From: Vicugna vicugna
Taxonomy: Eukaryota
Direction of reading: 5' to 3'
Length of the DNA: 64,000 nt
Assembly: GCA_013265495.1 (NCBI GenBank)
Contig: MU057930.1
Span: 1,442,057 to 1,506,056 of the forward strand
Below the pieces are notes generated by a model. The model was not told the DNA's origin and did not search any database. It saw only the letters and a list, made by a program, of their open reading frames with translations. The position numbers and the translations under genes were made by a program. This document shows, piece after piece, positions 37,487-50,304 of this stretch. Within the stretch, counting starts at the first letter, position 1, and the number at the start of each line of letters is the position of its first letter.

Positions 37487-38074
37487 TGATTACAATGGTA
37501 ATTAAGCCAGAATAAAGCTGGAAACAAAATTTAATTAGAAGTTAGAAACAGTATGTCTGGAAAAATTCTAATGACTTGGAATGTTAGGCAGCACGTTGCA
37601 AAGTAACCCAGGAGTCGAAGATGAATTGAAGAGGTGTTTACAACAGAGGCAAAAATATGTTTTGAGTTGAATGAGAACGAAAACAAAATACACAAAAATC
37701 TGAGTACCACAATAAAGGTGCTAAAAACAACAACAATGAAAAGAACGCAGAATTTGTTCAGATCTTGATTTGTGTTCTATTTAGTCAACTTTATAATAGC
37801 TCTTTCTTGGCAGCTTTATTCCTGGAGATGTTTGTGACTTTCGTCTAAACTTACCCTCATATCGACTTCTAAGTGCTTATTATAAATATAGGGGGAAAAA
37901 TGCTGATTTTTGGCATATTCATTTTGCATCCAGCTACCTTCCCAAGCTCCTGAATAACTCTAATAGACGTTTTGAGCTTTTCGGGCATTCATTTATACTA
38001 ATGTCATATTCTGGTGTTTATAATGTTTCATTCCATTGAATTAAGGCATCCATTAGCACATTTAGGGGACACTA

Positions 38075-38196
38075 AATATCCCCTATTTCATATCATTGTT
38101 TTGAAGGCTAAATAAGATAAATTTCTGTAAAGAGCTTAGATCAGTGGGTGGCACATACTAAGGGGTCCAAGAAATGATAGCTAATATTGTTATTAC
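38075..38196 (+). mobile_element. MIR 3' fragment
   Basis: 'tgtaaagagcttagatcagtgggtggcacatactaag...atgatagctaatattgttatta'. Confidence 0.7.
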
Positions 38197-38242
38197 TTCT
38201 CAACTATCAGTTTGTGAGTTTTTCCATCTAAAATCTTTCATG

Positions 38243-38468
38243 GAAAGTCGTTAAGACTAAATCCTAAGAGTTCTCATCACAAGGAAGAAAAAAAACCTTT
38301 TTTTCTATGTCTTTAACGTTGCATCTCTATGAGGTGATGGATGTTCCCTAATCTTAGTGTGGCCATCATTTCATGATGGATGCCAGTCCAATCATTATGC
38401 CGTCCACCTTCAGCTTATAGAATGCTGTCTGTCAATTATATCTCAATAAAGCTGGAAGGAAAAAAAAT
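38243..38468 (+). mobile_element. L1MC-type 3' end
   Basis: 'aaatcctaagagttctcatcacaagga...gtcaattatatctcaataaagctggaaggaaaaa'. Confidence 0.8.
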
Positions 38469-39418
38469 ATTAACTTGTTAAATATTACGTTGCATATATT
38501 TTTTGCACAATTAAAAAGAAATAAATGATTACAAAGAAATTTGGGGGATGCAGCTGAGGCAGTGTTTGGAGGGAAACTCAAAGGACTGAATGCTGACATT
38601 GGCCAATGATGGAGATGATGGATTAACAATGATAACTTCCAGCAAAGCAAGAGGAAGATTGAAATAAAGGGAAGGGCAGAAATCGTGCACTCAAAGAAGA
38701 GAAAAAATAGGGAAAAGCATTAGAATGCAGAGCTGTTTTGCTGGAATAAACCACTCCTGTAAATCTCTAGTCAGAGATAAACAGAGAGAGGGACACAGAG
38801 CACAGAAATTGCTCCTAACAAAAATTAACCAGTGGACACCACTAAAAATAACATATGCCCTTATGCCGTGGGGTGCTGTGTTCAATGTTATGCCGACACG
38901 TTAGATAGCTCTGACAAAATTATCCAGCGTGTAAACCACCAGTGCTCAGTCAGGAAGGGAAACATAACATGAATATACTATAATTACGAAAGAAACTGAA
39001 TTCCTAGCTTAAAAAGTCACTCTAATAGAGAAGACTCCAGGCCCAGCTCGCTCCCCTGCTGCATTCCATTAAGTATCTCACATTGGAAGATTGCAAAGCT
39101 ACCACTGACTACGACAAATAAATAGAAAAGGAGGGAATATGTTTCAGGTTACTCTACGAAGTCTAGATGGATGTGGTTATTTTAAAATTTTAAAAAATGT
39201 TTTAAAAAACTAAAAAATCACAATCTATAGATAACTGGAGAAGGCATCTGGAAAATGCAACATCCAATCTTGATAAAAATTCTCAAACTAGGAATACAAG
39301 GAGACTTACTCAACCAACAGAGAGTGTCTAAAAAAATTTACAGATATATATATAATTGGTGATTGAATGACTGCTCCCCCCCCAACATTAGAAAACAAAC
39401 AAGAATAGCTTCTCTAAG

Positions 39419-39778
39419 TGGATATGTTGGGGGTTTAGTTCCAGACGACTGCAATAAAGTGAACATCACAATATAGTGAGTCATATGAATTTTTTTGGTT
39501 CCCCAGTGCAACTAAAAGTAATGTGTGCGCCCCATTGTAGCCTAAGTGTGCAACAGAATCATGTCTAAACAACAACTTACATACCTTAATTTAAAAAATT
39601 TAAAATAAAAAAATAAAATTAAAAAAATTTCATTGCTAAAAAAAAAATACATATATATATATATACCAACATTCATCTGACAACATAGAGCGGTCACAAA
39701 CCTTCCATTTGTTTTTGTTTTTTTTAAATACAGTACGTGAAAAGCACAATGAAGTGAGACACAAAAAAAATGAGGTAC
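39419..39778 (-). mobile_element. Internally deleted Tigger1-derived DNA transposon
   Basis: Both Tigger1 ends are present: 'gttccagacgactgcaataaagtgaacatcacaata' and 'acaaaccttccatttg...gcacaatgaagtgagacacaaaaaaaaatgaggta'. Confidence 0.8.
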
Positions 39779-39985
39779 TGGAAGTTTTAGTCAGTGTCAT
39801 GAGCAAGAAAAAATGAAAGGCATACAGACAGACTGGAAAGGCAGAACCCTACCTGCCTTGCTTTGCAGATATGACATGATTGTCTGCATAGATAAGGCTA
39901 ACTGAGTTCAATTGAAATCTTCTAAAAATGGTGAGTTTATCAATTAAATTGGCTCAAAGCTTCGTACGTAAAACCCAGTTGCCTT

Positions 39986-40476
39986 CGAGGGAGGAACGCT
40001 TTCTGTCCTCCCAGGTTCCTCGGCTGGCCTAATTAAATGGACCTACGACAGCACTAACAGGAGAAAAGCAAATTTGATTTTGTATGTCCAGGAGCTCATC
40101 AAATTAGGAGACTTAGATAAGTAACCAAAGCAAGCAGCTTTTATCCCTTTCAGACAGAGATGCAATCAATCTGTGAGCAACCGACAAGAGAAAGAAACGG
40201 CTTTGGGCTTGGGGTTGTAAATTAGTAAAAGGTAACGGTGATTGTTTACATACCCTTCTAGGCTCTGAATTCCCTGTCTTTGGTGATAAGGATGTCTCTC
40301 TTTCTCTGGTACAGACAATGCACCTTTCACCTGTGAGATTCATTTCTTAATTTCTGGGGGACAAAAGAAGGGTCGGAGGGTCCATCTTGCACTGACTGTT
40401 TCTTAAATAACTTCAATTCAAAATAATCAATAGGCCAAGAAAGTGTATTTTGGGTCGGCTTGCCCCAAACTCATCA
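39986..40476 (-). mobile_element. ERV1-class solo LTR (MER34-like)
   Basis: 'ctaacaggagaaaagcaaa', 'aagcagcttttat', 'ttcaattcaaaataatcaataggccaa'; homologous to 51223-51790. Confidence 0.72.
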
Positions 40477-41589
40477 TATATATATATATATATGTATTAA
40501 GAATGCATGTTTGGAAATTTAAATTTAAATTAAAACACTTAGCAGTAGCACAAAAACACAAACTATTAAGGCCCGGAGCTAACATAGTATAGGTAAGATT
40601 TGTTTTCTGAAATCAAAATATTAATGAGAGAAATCAGACAGCAATCCTGGTGACAAGCCGGCTGTCCTCCAGTTGATCTCTGGGTTTTTAACACAATCCC
40701 CAACAATTCACAGCAAAAGTTTTGGACAAACTGACAGCAGTTTGTAAAATTTATATGTGAAAGCAGTGAAGCTAGAGTCATCAAAACAATTTAGAAAAAT
40801 AGGAACTCAAACGCTGAAAACTCTTATTACCTGATTCCAAGACTTACTTAAAAGTGCAGGACTGAAGAGAATGGAATATTGACACACAGCTTTGTTGGAC
40901 CAGATTTGAACATTAAGAAATAGACTCACATAGAGAAATTATTTTTGATACAAGGATCAAAGGCATCAAACTAATTCAATACAGCCAATCTTTCAACAAT
41001 TGGTCCTGGAATAATTGCACATCTGTGTGCATAAAAATACCCCCCCAACACTTCATGCCTTTCTTGAACCACACTATCAATTAACTTCATATGCATTTGA
41101 TTAAAATGGAAACCTTAAACTGCTGAGAAAAGGAAGTTCAGGAGAAAATTTTTATGACTTGTGGTAATAAGCACACCGTCTTCTCAAACACATACACAGT
41201 CATGAACTGTAAAAGACAAAAGTGGACATTTCTCAAAAAAATTTAAAGCTTTTAAAATGACACCATAAATGAAAGGAAAAAAAAAACCCACACACTGGGG
41301 GTAACTATTTGCAAAACATACAGCCGATAAAGGACTCACAGACTGAGCACTGAAAGAAAACATTTTCACAATACGATATAAGGAAACACACAATTCCTCC
41401 CCAAATTGAGCAACATATCTGGACAGACACTGCACCAAGGTTACTTCCATGGCCAATAAGCAAAAGAAATTCAACATTAGAGATTTACAAGTTAATACCC
41501 CATTAGCTTACAATGCATATCTATCATCTACGGTGGGGGGAGGGAACAGTGGCATTGCCAAGCGTTGGTGAGAATATGGAATAAGGACC

Positions 41590-42021
41590 CCCTGGAATCA
41601 TTCTTTATTATAAGGATGTTTACAAGGGAAATCGCCATTTGTAAGAGTGTTTCCTTCTCTGAACCAGGATGAGAAGGCTGGTTCTAAACCTCTAGAAACT
41701 CTTTATCAATGAAGAAGGCAGAATTTAAATCTGCATGAAAACTACACCTTTATTTTTGGTGCTTTTCCTGGTAAAGTCCCTTACCTGACTCCCCTCCCCA
41801 TAATATCTTTCTTTAGTTTTTAGCTGCAGATGGTATTTAAAGTGATGCCTTGAGCCATTTCAAAACTTCTTTACTCAGTTTTCCTGGGTATCTCCTATGT
41901 ACACAGGAGACATACACGTTATCAAATTTCTATTCTTCTCTCATTAATCTGTCTTTTATTACAAGGGGGTCTCAGCCAAGAACGTAGAGGGTTAGAGGGA
42001 AAATTATTTGTTTTTCCTACA
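41590..42021 (+). mobile_element. ERV1-class LTR (MER34-like), 5' part missing
   Basis: 3' end 'taatctgtcttttattacaagggggtctcagccaagaacgtagagggttagagggaaaattatttgtttttcctaca'. Confidence 0.7.
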
Positions 42022-42344
42022 GAGGTATATCATTTCTGTCAAACATTCTTCAGCAATATATAGGAACATACTATTAATCTAAAAAAGTATGCCAAGTGAA
42101 AGAGGCTGAAAAAGCAAACATGGTATGACTTCATTTACGTGACATCCTGGAGAAGGCAAAATTCCAGAAGAAAAAATATTACTAGTGGCCAGGGGGCTGG
42201 GGAAGAAGGTTTGGGTAAGGACAATATTTGTCACAGTACTGCTGATTATGTGACCACATATATTAAAATTCTTAGAAAGTCTTCCTTAAAATGAGTGACT
42301 TTTACGGCATGTATATTATACGTCAATAAATCTGTACTTAAAAC

Positions 42345-44835
42345 ATCTCTCTGAGATGCCTCAGGGTTCGTCTGAAATATCCCAAAGTTAACTCAAGGTC
42401 AAAACAATTCCAGTTAGAATCTGGTATTTGGCAGGTTGGTCAAAAATAACACAAATGTTTCAAAACATTTGGTCAAACAGAATCACAGATCACTATGACA
42501 CAAAACTTAATCCAAGTGACAATAAAGTATTTTAAAAGCCAAATACCGACGGCTTGAAGGCAAAGAAACTCACACAATCTGTTGCCAAAAGCAGATCAAT
42601 ATTCCAAGAAAACTTTGTTCTCTTCACAGAGAAACCACATCCAATCCCACACCAGCACACTCTTGACAAAATCCAATTACCTAATTAAATTTAATCTCAT
42701 CTTAGCCAATCCTCACCATGTACCAAACTCTTCACTCAGTGTTCCTCTTCCACGAACCTTCTACAACTTTCTGTGTCCATATTATTTTGTCCTTTATTTT
42801 CTTTTTCACTCAAGAACAACCAGTTCGAGGACAAAATGATCCCCCTCCCCTTTTTTCTCCCTTTAGCAAAATGCTTTCCCAGATTCCATGAACCTGAAAT
42901 TCATTCTGGCATTTCTTTTATAGTTCTCAGAATTTACATAAGCACTTAATTTCCTTTAAGCCACTTAAATAGAGCTCATTTACAAATTAATTTTGATAAT
43001 ACCACCCAGAATAAAGAGGTAGCTGTAATGCACACAGGTACACATTCATACAGAGGCCTCACGGTCTTCCTGCTTGAGTTGAAAAGTCCTTGTTTCTTTC
43101 TTGAGTCTTAGGGATCCCAGTTGAGTTTAGATAAAAGTTCCCGAGAAGCCAGGTGGGTAATTTACATCTCAAAAGGCACAGGGAAACAAATGCAAGTTCC
43201 TCCTTGAAAACCACCTTCCTTTCACTGCATATGCAACAGCTCGTCTTAGAAGGTCAGAAAAGTTCCATCTTGGCCATTTTCAGGGCAAGGTTTCCTTCAC
43301 TTTCAAAAAGAGCCAATTACTTGCCAATCAATAGCATAGTCATAAAAATAATACACAGCACTCACTCACATTCATATGCCCCATTTCCACAGGAACTTGA
43401 ATCAGCATTCAAGTCACCAGGACCCTCTAACAAAGACAGAGCAGGATCAGGATTCTTCTCCAGGTACACTCACCACATGTTAACTAAGATAAAAGCCAAA
43501 CCAGTTCCAAAAGGCTCATTTGGATAAGAAAGCATCACAGATTTAGTAAACAATCTTACCATTGCAGGGGGTGGAGGGGAAAGCGGGTGGGAAGGGAGAA
43601 ATCTGGGAGCTTGAGATTTGCAACCGTTAACCACTATATATAAAAACAGATAAAAACAAATTTCTTCTGTAGAGCACAGGGAATTCTAGCCAATATCTTG
43701 TAACCTTTAATGAAAAAGAATATGGCAACGAATCTATGGATGCATATGCATGGCTGGGACACTGTGCTGTGCACCAGAAACTGACACATCGTACCCGACG
43801 GTACTTCAGTTTAAGACAAAAAGCGTATACATGAGAAAGTGCGTGCCATTTCCCTTCCCTTTTATGAAACAGTTCCAGTGGAATGATGGGGTTATAGTTT
43901 AGCACCATTAAAGGCCATTGTCCTGCAGGTCCAAGAAGTAGCGAGGCTAAGGAGCGTTACAACAAAATACCATTTTCTTTCACGCGCGGGAGCAGACCCG
44001 AAGATCTCTCGGTTTTGCAAAATACACCCTAGGGGAGTACAAGATGGAGCTGAGCTTGGATCACCCATAAGTATTCACAACAGGTGTTGTCACACAGGGA
44101 GCAAACGGCAAACCAATGCGATACAAAAACGGCCTTTCAGGGTCACAGTTCCCTAGCCCTCAAAAGGGAGATTTCCCAGCCAATGCCCCGCGAGTCAGAG
44201 ACGGAGCCAAATGCGCAAGCTTGGGGCCAAAGGCGAGAACCCCAGCCAATGTGCCATCAGGGGAGAAGCCAAATGACCAAGCCTCAGTTCAGATGGGAAA
44301 ATCCCAACCAATGCTCCATGGACGGCGAGACCAACGCAGCAGGGAAGGATACCCTGGCGTCCACACACGAGACGTCCCAACCAGCGAACGCAGGCACTGA
44401 GACACACACAGAGGCGCAGACAACAAACACGGTCACCCAGAAATTAACACAACATTGCAAATCCACTACAAACACAACACTGCAAATCCACTATACTTCA
44501 ATTTTTTTAACATGTTTGCACAGACATGAGATCAGATGAGGTGCAGTCCAAAAATGCCACTGCCACTCCCAGACAGACGCCTCCAAATGCATTGGCACAT
44601 CTCCCAAAAGAGGTGCGAGCCAGCGGGGCTCACTTTGCAAAAGAGAAAGAGGTCGGAGCAGACCGTCCCCAGCGGAGGCACGCTGGGGCAACTTACCCCA
44701 AAACGAAGCCGGGGCTGGGCCGCAGCTGTCTCTTCACCCCAAACGGCCTCCTGCCGTCAGCGAGGGTCCCTCTGACGTCCTCGGATTAAAGTGAGGTCTG
44801 GATGTCCTGGGGAGGGGCTGCCCCCGGCTGGGGTC
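42345..44835 (-). mobile_element. ERV1 internal/leader sequence (non-coding, decayed), interrupted by L1 tails
   Basis: Abuts the LTR at 44840; minus-strand GGTAAG splice donor at ~44692-44697; composition resembles MER4/MER34-group internal sequence. No gag/pol ORF seen. Confidence 0.55.
43535..43822 (+). mobile_element. Young L1 3' tail
   Basis: 'gggagcttgagatttgc...ccactatatataaaaacagataaa...agcacaggga...gctgtgcaccagaaactgacaca'. Confidence 0.88.
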
Positions 44836-44839
44836 CACC

Positions 44840-45420
44840 TGGCCAAAGTCCCAAGATTGCTGGTGGCCAAGCAAACCCAGAAGTTGGAGTTTGGAGCAGG
44901 AGAAAGGTTAATTGCAGGGCCCATCACGGAGAACGGAGAACGGGCAACTCGTGGTCAAACAGCCCAAACGCCCTGGTGGATTTCCGGGAAGGGGCTAACA
45001 GGCAAAACTGGAGGGGGAGGGGGAGGCTGCAAGGTGTGCGGGTGACCTTCCTCTGATTGGCTGGTGGGGAGGTAACGGGGGTCTTCCAGGAATCTCACCG
45101 TCAGCCTACCGGCTGCACCCGGTCTGGGGCCCAGGTGCTAGTGCTCAGGCTGGTGGGGGCCTCCGTGCAGAAGCAGCCGGAGACCTGCTGTGCGTGCGTC
45201 CCCTGAGGCCCGGCTTTAACCCTGCCTCTTGTTTCTTGACTGCTCCTCCTTTGTTTCTGCGCTCCCTCCCTCCCTCCCCTAATTAACAACTGTTTGAACC
45301 TGCCCTAGGGAACCCAGGGAGGGTCTCGGAGGAGGCTGACGCGGCTTTCCTACAAAGGAACAGGGGCACACGGACAGACTTCTGTACCGGGAAGGCCCGC
45401 AGGGCCCGGCTTGGGTTCCA
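44840..45420 (-). mobile_element. ERV1 LTR (artiodactyl MER41-like group), probable 5' LTR
   Basis: 'ggagtttggagcaggagaaaggttaattgcagggcc', CCAAT box (plus 'ctgattggctgg'), 'tttgtttctgc..tccct'; GC-rich. Confidence 0.7.
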
Positions 45421-45611
45421 GTTGAACATGACAATGAATATACTTTTATCTTTGGTTGGTTTCAGCCATGTCATCTATGGTTTCTTCGTGATTTTGGAGC
45501 ACTGTGTTAGTGGAGCAGAATGTATTTAATTGGCTGTCACCTTCAGAGTGCAAAATAAAAAAAATCTTATATTTGCATAGTATCTTACATTTATCCTGGG
45601 AGGTCGGTGGT

Positions 45612-45972
45612 CACTGGGCTGCACCCCAATAACTTGTAGGTGCCCAGCGTCAAGATGGAGGAAAGAGCCCAGAAGCATCAATGGTCTAACAGAAGGAAAG
45701 TCCTGGAGCGACACCGCACTGGCAGACACGGCCACCACCTTCACTGCTCTGGGGCCGAGGCTACCATTTACAGAGGAAACTGGCTTCAGGTTGGCTCATC
45801 CGTTACCAGGGGAACCAGGGTGGGGGCAGGGGCCCAGCACGTAGGCAGTTCCTAATTAAGCCTCATAATTAAGAGGAGTGGAGACTCGTGTGAGTGAGCA
45901 GAGGCTAGTCCACAGGGGTCGGACAAGACAGCAGAGCAAGAGGACACGCATCTTGAACGGCCCAACCCTACG
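45612..45972 (-). mobile_element. LTR-like interspersed repeat, copy 1
   Basis: Aligns along its length with 60497-60882 (ctgggctgcaccc, gtcctggag, ggctaccattta, ccaggggaaccag). The LTR call and strand are inference. Confidence 0.65.
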
Positions 45973-47481
45973 CAGTATTTATCACTGTATCACGATGGGA
46001 AAACTGAAATGCCAAGGAAGCAGTTTGTTTCCACCCAGAGCTCCCAGTCAAGCTTCAGCCATCCCCGGGTAATCTTAACACACTGGGTCCCTTCCAGCCC
46101 GCCATAGATCGCTCATCCTTGGGCCTCTCTGAAAAGGCAGCGGGTCACATGGTGGGACAACACACCTGCGTTTACAGGCAGGACCCACAGGGGACGGCTC
46201 TGAGGATGACTGCTGCCCGCGATTTTCTTGGAGGAAGCGAAACACAGTCAACACCAACGACAGGGATTTCCTGAGGATGAGAAATTAACCAGCCGGAGTC
46301 TGGCAAACAGGAAAGTGTTCAGTGGTGGTGAAGTTGTGAAGAGCTCAGATCTTCTCGAGACACTAAAAACACACTGTAGAATATTGAAATGGGTGCACCG
46401 CATGGCAATGATTTTTCACGTGAAAGTCACAGAGTCTGTGTGGTTTTCCTGTGAAGAGATAAGCTGAAGTCTGTGTCTATTCCATATATTTCACCTGAAG
46501 AAATTATTAGAGCAAACAGCCTGCAGGGAACAGAATGAACACAGCTGCATGGCTGTTGCAAATATTAAGAAAATGCTATAAAAATTAGTGATAAAGAAAA
46601 GAAAAAGAAAAAAAAAGCAATTGGTGAGAAAGAAGATACAAAAGTCATAGAATACAGGACTTTGCAAAGGCTAGAATAAAGCCGAAAACGGCCGAGTACC
46701 ACACATGGCCGTGTTCTCTGCAGGTTTCCGCACTGTGTGTAGATTCCGTCATGGGAGATCTTTATTTTTTTTTCAGTCCCCATGACGTTTGCATGGCAGA
46801 CATTTCATAACATCGGTAAAGAAATTAGGAAGGAATGAAGGAAGAATGGAAAGAAAGAAGAGAGGGAGGAAGAAACAAAAGGGGGAAGAAAGGACGCTCA
46901 GGGGGACGGCTGGCGTTCATTAGGACCCGAAGGGCTAGCGAAGGAGTCTTGGCTGAAATAACATTTCCTGCACTCTGGCTGCAAATGCCAGCTGATTTGG
47001 CGTTTGAGTGGGGAGGGATGGGCAAAGGAGTTGGAAATGCATTGATGTTGCAAGAGGAGGCCATGCTATCTGACCTGATTTTGATGGAAAGGAAAACACC
47101 CTAACCCAGTGTTGAAGGGAGTGGGTTTCAAAACCCTGGTCCGAGCATTTTGCAGCAATTGGACGTTGCTGATGACAAGCGTGGTCAGAGGAGAACCTTG
47201 GGAGAATCGTGGCAGCGTTCACACTTGGAGCGCTGTGGAGGATGGAGTGGGTTAGGGGAGGGGGGTTAGGAAGGAAGACACATGAGAAGTCCACTGCGCA
47301 GTGTCAGTTTTGGCATCCTTCGTGTGTATGGCTTCTATTCATGGACATGCCAACGAATGTGAAGTCTTCTACTCAACCTGCCTTCTTAGTTATAGAAAAC
47401 CCTCAGGGAAAGAAGTCTGATTCATACCTTAACTCCGCTCTATCTTTCCTGGAGCTCTGGGTCCACAGAATTGAGATGCTT

Positions 47482-47621
47482 TGGTGGGTAGGGGTGGGTA
47501 CATCTCAGTGGCATTGCACTTGCTTAGCATGCATGAGGTCCTTGGTTCAATCCCCAGTACCTCTATTAAAAGAAAAAGTTTTTTTAAAAAAAAGATATTA
47601 AAAATTAAAAATAAAAAAAAA
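47482..47621 (+). mobile_element. tRNA-derived SINE (Vic-1-like) with 15-bp TSD
   Basis: 'ctcagtgg...cttagcatgcatgaggtccttggttcaatccccagtacctc' plus A-rich tail; agaattgagatgctt at 47467-47481 and 47622-47636. Confidence 0.92.
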
Positions 47622-47664
47622 AGAATTGAGATGCTTCAAATAAGATTGATTCTAAGAGCCATCG

Positions 47665-47830
47665 TCCCAGGGTCCTCAGTCTCCCAGAAGGAGAACCTGA
47701 GATAGACATGTTCATGCAAAGAATGATCAAAGAAGGACTCTCAGGGGAAGCCACTAAGGGAAGCAGGACAGGGTGGGAGAGATTTGAAGCCAAGAGGTAG
47801 TGGCACCTGCAGGCGACCTGATCTGTTACC
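47665..47830 (-). mobile_element. Old ERVL LTR fragment (LTR33-like)
   Basis: 'cccagaaggagaacctgagatagacatgttcatgcaaag' resembles the antisense 3' end of LTR33-type LTRs. Confidence 0.45.
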
Positions 47831-49287
47831 TGTCGCCGTGGGGAGCAGAGTCCTGATGCCCTGCTTCTGCAACTTGAGCGGAATCACCTGGCCGTGTGGT
47901 AAAGCAAAGCTCGCTGGCTCCAACCGCAGAGTTTCTGATCCACGGGTTGCTCCTTGCCCAGTGTCTCCTCACTGCAAACAACCGCGGTGGAGTTTCACTT
48001 CCACCATCACGTTAGTTCCACCGGAAGGCAATTATTCCGTGCGCCATATTTGTGCAACCCTGGGGTGTGATCCCGTTGCATTATTTTCTGTAGACCCATT
48101 GTATGTTTCTATGCCTGGGGTGCCAGGTCTATGGGAGCCCTCTGGGGTTGAGTAAAATATTCTCTTTCCTGATGGTTCACGGTGGTAAAGCGATTGTCTT
48201 GCTTTGTTTTTTTTAACTCACAAAGTCCCTGGCACCCTGAGAGAATCTCTAAAGGTAACAGGTGGCAGACATTCTGCACAGTCAACAGTGTCAGCGTGGA
48301 CATGGGCACACGCATCCTTGAGTGGAGTGTGTGACATCCTGCCTTTCCACTGTCCGCGCTGTGGTGTGGTTTTTATTTAGGAAGTGGGGACATGGCTTCA
48401 CTTTACTAAGTGTCTTTACCTGTCTTTCCTCTTGACAGCGGTTGCATGAAGCAGGGAAGTGGCCACTGTCTGCATTTTTCCAGTGACAAAGTGGACAGCC
48501 TTCAAGAGGGGCACACAGCTCCTAAGATCCGTAAGGTACAGAGTTTAGCAGCACGGCCGACTCTAAAGGACTCACACAAGAGAACAGGAAGGTTAAACAG
48601 GTAACTTCGGGGGATACTGCAGTTGGAAATGCAAAAGCATCTTTTAGAGCTAAAATGCCTCTTTCTTCCTCCATCTTATCGGTTGTGCCTATGGCTTCTG
48701 GAAATCGAGGACACTGGATTCTCATTTTTCTCATTATCATAATGGACTGTTTGAATACTGCCACCAGTGTTTCATTGGCATTATCTGCAGCACTTTATTT
48801 CCGTGCTGAATTCTCCAGAAGGACTTCTCAGATGTCTGAAGGCTACCCTTGCTTCTCTGAGAACCTGTATCTGGAAAATGAATATGTCAGCGGGAAAATG
48901 GGACGTCAGTTACCGCAACGTTTCAGCACTGTTTCTGCTGTGGTTCTGCCCTCTTGCTGCGTTTGGAGAAACTGGCCCAAGCTTGCTCCACGGGAGACCC
49001 ACACTGCAGAAGTTCATGGGAACGTTGAGAATCAGGACCCAGGAATGCCCAGGGGTGGGTGTGTTGTTTTGTAAGGTAAGTTGAGAGAGAGAGAGAGACA
49101 AGGCAACACTGGGTTCACATCCACGTCGGAAGACTTTCTGTGTGTGCCACTTTCTGGCAAACACACAGGTAATCCCAGAGGAGCAGAAAGACGTCATGGT
49201 TACAATCTGTGAAAGAGACAAAACCTGAGCCCAGTGCATACCTAAACATAAAATTATTCTACCTACACTTTAAAAATATCACTTTAC

Positions 49288-49899
49288 AGCACTATTTACA
49301 ATAGCCACGACGTGGAAACAACCTAAATGTCCATCGACAGATTTCTGGGTAAAAAAGTTGTGGTATATTTACACAATGGAATACTACTCAGCCATAAAAA
49401 AGAATAAAATAATGCCATTTGTAGCAACATGGATGGACCTAGAGATCACCATTCTAAGCATGAAGTAAGTCAGACAGAGAAAGACAAATATATAATAGCA
49501 CTTGTAAGTCGAATCTAAAAAAGTGGCACAAATGAACTTATTTATAAACAGAAACAGAGTCACGGACATAGAAAACAAACTTATGGTTACCAGGGAGGAA
49601 GGGGTTGGGAAAGGATAAAATGGGAGTTGGAGATTTGCAGATACTATCTAATATATATATAAAACAATAAACAACAAGTTCATACTGTACAGCACAGGGA
49701 ACCATAGTCAGTATCTTGTAGAAACTTATAGTGAAAAAGAATATGGAAATGAATCTATGTATGTTCCTGTGTGACTGAAACATTGTGCTGTGCACCAGAA
49801 ATTGACACAACACTGCAAACTGACTGTACTACAATAAAAAAATATATATACGTAATGAAGATTATATGACAGCCCAGAAAAACAAACAAAATAATACAT
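49288..49899 (+). mobile_element. Young L1 3' end with 15-bp TSD
   Basis: ORF2 C-terminal and 3'UTR motifs; aaaatatcRctttac at 49273-49287 and 49900-49914. Confidence 0.93.
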
Positions 49900-50304
49900 A
49901 AAATATCGCTTTACTGAAGGTCACCGTGATCTTTTCATCAGTACAAGCCTGCCGTTCCTCTGGTTTAAATGTGAAAGAGGACACCTGTCTAATGGAAGAA
50001 AACAAGAAACAGAAGCTTCAAAGCAGGGAGTCGAGATGCTAGCTCTTTAGCAGCTTACAGGTGTGGTTATGGATGCGTTATTCACCTTTTCTTTAGCTTC
50101 CACATCCTGTGAAAGGAGAAGGGAAATCATGTGGCTGGAAGTGCTCTCTTAAGGGGAGGAGAAGGGTGTTTGTAAGTAGCTGGTTTGGGGGTAATTATAA
50201 CAAAAGTTTTCCCCCATTTTCTTCCAAGTGGCATCAGGAAGTCCTGGATGATGGGCAAAGGGGTCTTACTGACACTTCCCATTAAGAACATTAATTCCAT
50301 TTCT

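Larger units (their letters stand above)
36370..42340 (+). mobile_element. Ancient L1 ORF2 to 3'UTR, fragmented by multiple nested insertions
   Basis: Collinear L1 pieces: EN (36370-37030), 37490-37740, 38490-39415, 39780-39980, 40500-41590, and 3'UTR 42025-42340 ending 'tcaataaa'. Confidence 0.7.

Noticed and set aside
47482..47560. tRNA gene
   Set aside because: tRNA-derived SINE head with A-rich tail and TSD; cloverleaf degraded.
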